Below are positions 9,945-13,266 of a stretch of DNA of 13,266 nt, piece by piece. The notes below the pieces were generated by a model, which saw only the letters and a program-made list of their open reading frames with translations, was not told where the DNA came from and searched no databases. The stretch is from Geosiphon pyriformis uo1 (taxonomy: Eukaryota; Fungi; Glomeromycota): contig JAAOMT010000534.1 in NCBI GenBank assembly GCA_016748015.1, positions 1 through 13,266 of the forward strand. The letters are read 5' to 3'. The translations under genes and the position numbers were made by a program. Position 1 is the stretch's first letter, and the number at the start of each line of letters is the position of its first letter.

Positions 9945-11020
9945 AACAACATAAATAATTTCAATATATTTTTTATAATTACTATTGTTTTTATTTATAA
10001 AAAAACACAAATATATTATTAATAAGTTTTAAAACAAGTTATAAAACTTTATATATATATTAAACTAATTATTATTATTATAAATTAAAAATATATATTA
10101 ATATATTTATTTTGTATTTGATATATTTAAAAAAATATGTTTACTAATTATAAAAAATACTTTGCAAATAAAAATAATTGAAACAATTTTTATTTTAAAT
10201 AGATTAATATTATTTAATTTATATTACTATAAGTATTTAATATTAAATAAAGCATATTGAGTTATAAATATTTAACAATTTTAGCTTTAACAAATTATCT
10301 ATTAATAATTCAGATAATATATAAAAAAATTTATTGTTGTTTAGATTAATAAGAATATGTATTTTAATAATATAAATTTATTATAAGTAAAAAATTAATA
10401 TACTTAATTAAAAATTATTTTAAAGTTTCAATAAAAAATTTACAAAATGTTTAATTATAAATATTATATGTTTTTAAAAATATGATTAAAGAAATAAAAT
10501 ACAATAAAATATTAAATATATTCAACTTATTATAATTATAACATCTTTTTTTCAAAATATTATACAATAAATCTTAATTTTTATCTTAAAAACAGATTAT
10601 AAAAAGTATTTTTTACACAAAAACTATTAAATAATAATATAATATTTTGCTTTAATGTTTTTTAATAACAATAAATCCTTTATATAAATATTAAATTCGA
10701 AATATGCTTATTATTAAAAAAATTTTCTTTATAAATTAGTTTTATTTTATTTGGTATTTAGTAAATACAAATTATATTTTTACAATAATTAATTCTAAAG
10801 TTAATATTTTAATAATTATCTTAAGTTTAGATTTATTGCTTAAAGAAATAAATTAAACATATTAACTTTTAATATTTTATTAATAAGAAATAATATATAC
10901 TTAATTAATTCAAATTTTAATTATATCTTTTGTAATTAAAAATATTTTTTTTAAATTTAAGTATATAAATATAAATTTTATAAAAAACAAGACCATAATA
11001 TTCGAATTTGTTTACAATAA
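9945..11020 (+). pseudogene. Mutator-like (MULE) DDE transposase relic with SWIM-like region and C-terminal CCHC knuckle
   Basis: Plus strand: NNFNIFFIITIVFIYKKTQIYY**VLKQV..KLIIIIIN*K (VIVTDRE, second D; 10080-10091) and LFCI*YI*KN (CxWH motif; 10113-10124). Then NMYFNNINLL*VKN*YT*LK (HFGNT.SSRVES.H..LK, catalytic E; ~10354-10413), CFNVFLITINPLYKY*I...FYFIWYL (SWIM-like C...GLPCxH...W) and Y-KF-Y-KKQD-H-NIRI-C-LQ* (10970-11020). Motif order and spacing fit MULE/FAR1-type transposases. The N-terminal part with the first D is not seen. Confidence 0.8.
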
Positions 11021-11310
11021 AATGTTTTTTAATTATAAAATATTATAAATTACTTAAAATATAATAAAAAATTAAATATATAATCTAATTTTAATTTTAT
11101 ATAAAAAAAGTTTTTTTTATTTTAATTAAATTAATATAATATTATATTATTATTATTAATTTTTTTTACTTCTTTTGTTGTTGTTTTGTTAATATGTTAA
11201 TAATAAAACTTTTAATAAATTAATGAATTTTTTTAAAATATTTTTTATACTTTAAAAACTATTTATATTGTTGAACTTATAATATAAATTAATTTTATAC
11301 CAATTATTTT

Positions 11311-11450
11311 TGTAATTATTTTGTATTAAAAGTTAATTTTTTGTAAAAAAAATTTTATTACAGGTTTTTTTAATAAATTATGTAATTATTTTGCTATAAA
11401 AGTCAATTTTTCTACAGTATTTTTTAATTATAAGATTTTAATAATTTATA
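11311..11450 (+). repeat. Two diverged ~70-bp tandem units
   Basis: TGTAATTATTTTGTATTAAAAGTTAATTTTT (11311) and TGTAATTATTTTGCTATAAAAGTCAATTTTT (11381), period 70. Lies downstream of the MULE ORF, possibly subterminal repeats. Confidence 0.6.
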
Positions 11451-11766
11451 ATAAATTAAAAAAAAATAAAAAACATAATTTTAATAAAGATAATTTGTTG
11501 CATAAATTCTGTTTAAACTTAAATAAAAAACTAAATAAACTATTAAAATTAGTAGCTAGTTAATTTTAAAATATTAATTTTGAATATTATAAAAATTTTA
11601 AAAAATTTTTGGGTTTTTTAAAAGAATATTTTTATTTTTTTTGTTTAATTTGTAATTTGTTATTTAATTCTAAAATTATTAAATATTAAGATACATTTTT
11701 TTGAAAAAAAAAGCTCTTCTTTTTTATATTTTTGAATAGTATTTATTTAAGTTTTAGTATTTTTTT

Positions 11767-12293
11767 TATTATTATTATTATTTAACAAATGAGATTCAAA
11801 TACAGTTTAGTGCTATACATCAAAGAAATAATCTAAACTAAATATAAATCATGCATTTTCTATACATGACCAGCCACTCGGGCCAATCAGGACAACACTA
11901 TACAGCTATATGAACTGACATTGAGTCATCAACACCTGAAAAAATCAAACAAGATTTACGAAAACCAAAATATACTCCAAAGACATAAGTGATGCCAAGC
12001 AGTTTTAAAACACCAACAGAGAACCCCAAAGCCAAACCAGAAACCGAAATAGGTGCTGAGCCATCAAGAAAAATCAAATTATTTCTCTCCATATAGGCGC
12101 GATGCTTAGCACGAACCAACCAGATATTATCCCTAAAAGCCATATTGAGAAAATACACAAACTTAACAACCTCTATACCAGTAATCTTGGGATCACGGAA
12201 AATAGAAACAGCTTCACAGAACCAACCATCAAAAACAAAACCCTTGAAAATAGCCACAGACACAGAAAAACCAAAAGCACAGAATGACAACAG
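11767..12293 (-). mobile_element. 5'-truncated LINE insertion (527 bp) with (TAA)n-A tail and 13-bp target-site duplication
   Basis: Flanked by identical TTAGTATTTTTTT at 11754-11766 and 12294-12306. Minus strand order: ORF2 C-terminal fragment, TAG (11900-11898), 117-nt UTR, TAATAATAATAATA tail. Sharp GC step at both edges. These are the hallmarks of target-primed reverse transcription. Confidence 0.9.
11898..12293 (-). pseudogene. C-terminal ~130 aa of LINE ORF2 (open but start-less fragment)
   Basis: LLSFCAFGFSVSVAIFKGFVFDGWFCEAVSIFRDPK...FRDNIWLVRAKHRAYMERNNLI...SVHIAV*. The IWxxR motif is typical of the ORF2 C-terminus downstream of the zinc-binding region in many LINEs. The frame runs to the TSD with no ATG at the 5' edge. 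Confidence 0.75.
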
Positions 12294-13266
12294 TTAGTAT
12301 TTTTTTCTTTGCAACTATTTTTCTGAATTTTTTAAAACTAGTTATAAATTTTAATAAACTCTTTATATTTTAGTAAATTATTGTAAAATTCATGAATTTT
12401 TGCATATTATGACCAATTTTTACTGTTATAAAATTTGAGTTTAATTATATTTATGTATTTATATAATTTAAATTATTAATTAAAATATAAATAATTGATA
12501 ATTTTATAAATAATAATAAAATATAATTTAATTAATATATAATAGTAAATAATAAAAATTTTAAAATTAATTTTATGCTAATTTTTATTTACTTTTTAAT
12601 TGTAATAATATGTTGCAAATAGATTAATTTAGCAATTTTCTATAATTAATATTTTTATTTAAATATAAAAAACTTAAAATATCTTATATAATTTAACAAA
12701 ATCTTTTTTAAACAACTTATTTTTAAAAAATACAAAATATTTTTATTTAATAAAATTATTATAATTATTTTTATAAAAATAAAATATTATTTACCTTTTT
12801 CTAAACAAATTTTTAATTATATATAATATTAATGTAAATTTGTTTAAATAAACAGTCACTAATTTCTATTATAAAACAATATGCATAATTTATATATAAA
12901 CAAAAAAAAACTTCTATTTTTGTTAAGCAAAGTCTAAAACTGGCATATTTTTTTAAACATTTCATACTTCATCAATTCTGAATTTAGCCAGTCTTTTCAC
13001 TTTTGCCAAAAAAATTCTCAATAATGTAATAAAACTACTTACTAATCAAAAATACAGAAAAGTTTTATTTGCTCCCATTTTATTTTTATTAATAATATTG
13101 TAGCGTCCTAAAGCTACATATACATACATTAACAAATAAAGATCAAGTCACCAAATACGTTACTTATAGCTCAAATTGAAACAATCCATGGGTGTTGGAG
13201 CGCTGCATCTGCTCCCAGCATCTTTTTTTTTAATTTACTTATAAAGTCCTTTCCATCATCAGAAGA

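Larger units (their letters stand above)
11480..12430 (-). pseudogene. Unidentified decayed ORF interrupted by the LINE insertion
   Basis: Removing the insertion and one TSD copy gives a continuous frame NSKNWS*YAKIHEFYNNLLKYKEFIKIYN*F*KIQKNSCKEKNT|KT*INTIQKYKKEELFFQKNVS*YLIILELNNKLQIKQ. Its stops are TAA/TAG, explainable as CAA/CAG/CGA changes. Family not recognised. Confidence 0.4.

Noticed and set aside
11864-11897. Superficial likeness of CATGACCAGCCACTCGGGCCAATCAGGACAACA to the HDV ribozyme
   Set aside because: I could not build the nested double pseudoknot. It is antisense to the element and at the 3' end, whereas LINE HDV-like ribozymes are 5' and sense.
12102-12287. 61-aa plus-strand ORF
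   Set aside because: Antisense to the LINE ORF2 C-terminal fragment.
1100-13000. Alternative genetic code (TAA/TAG=Gln as in ciliates) or organellar DNA to explain stops and AT-richness
   Set aside because: Stops also replace Trp and Arg codons, frameshifts are present, and conserved Cys/His/Asp/Gly residues are lost by the same transitions. This indicates mutational decay, not recoding.
13191-13231. Helitron 3' end or bacterial rho-independent terminator
   Set aside because: No CTRR at the expected distance on either strand, and the context is a eukaryotic chromosome end.

Overview
Left end of a eukaryotic chromosome, most likely fungal. The decayed TE proteins recall, from memory and not a search, multicopy hypothetical proteins of Glomeromycotina such as Geosiphon. 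No intact host gene is visible. From the tip inward: a perfect (CCCTAA)n telomere grades into CCCTAT and CCCTAT/AAATAT variants, then into C->T-eroded hexamers (to ~1108). These abut a LINE broken inside its RT (minus, ~1110-3795). Next are an ORF1/Gag-only element (minus, 3797-6030+), a Ty3/Gypsy-type gag relic (minus, ~6348-7730), a Mutator-like transposase relic (plus, ~9945-11020) and a little-mutated, 5'-truncated LINE insertion with a (TAA)n tail and 13-bp TSD (minus, 11767-12293). Most of the window is eroded by C->T/G->A transitions, including outside CpG, so most elements are readable only by reversing those changes. Main finding: the ORF1-only element carries, directly after its stop codon, a 117-nt 3'UTR co-linear with the 117-nt 3'UTR of the LINE ORF2 fragment (68 identities, 37 transitions, 12 transversions, no gaps, by hand). 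This suggests a non-autonomous 'half-LINE' mobilised in trans by an autonomous partner.
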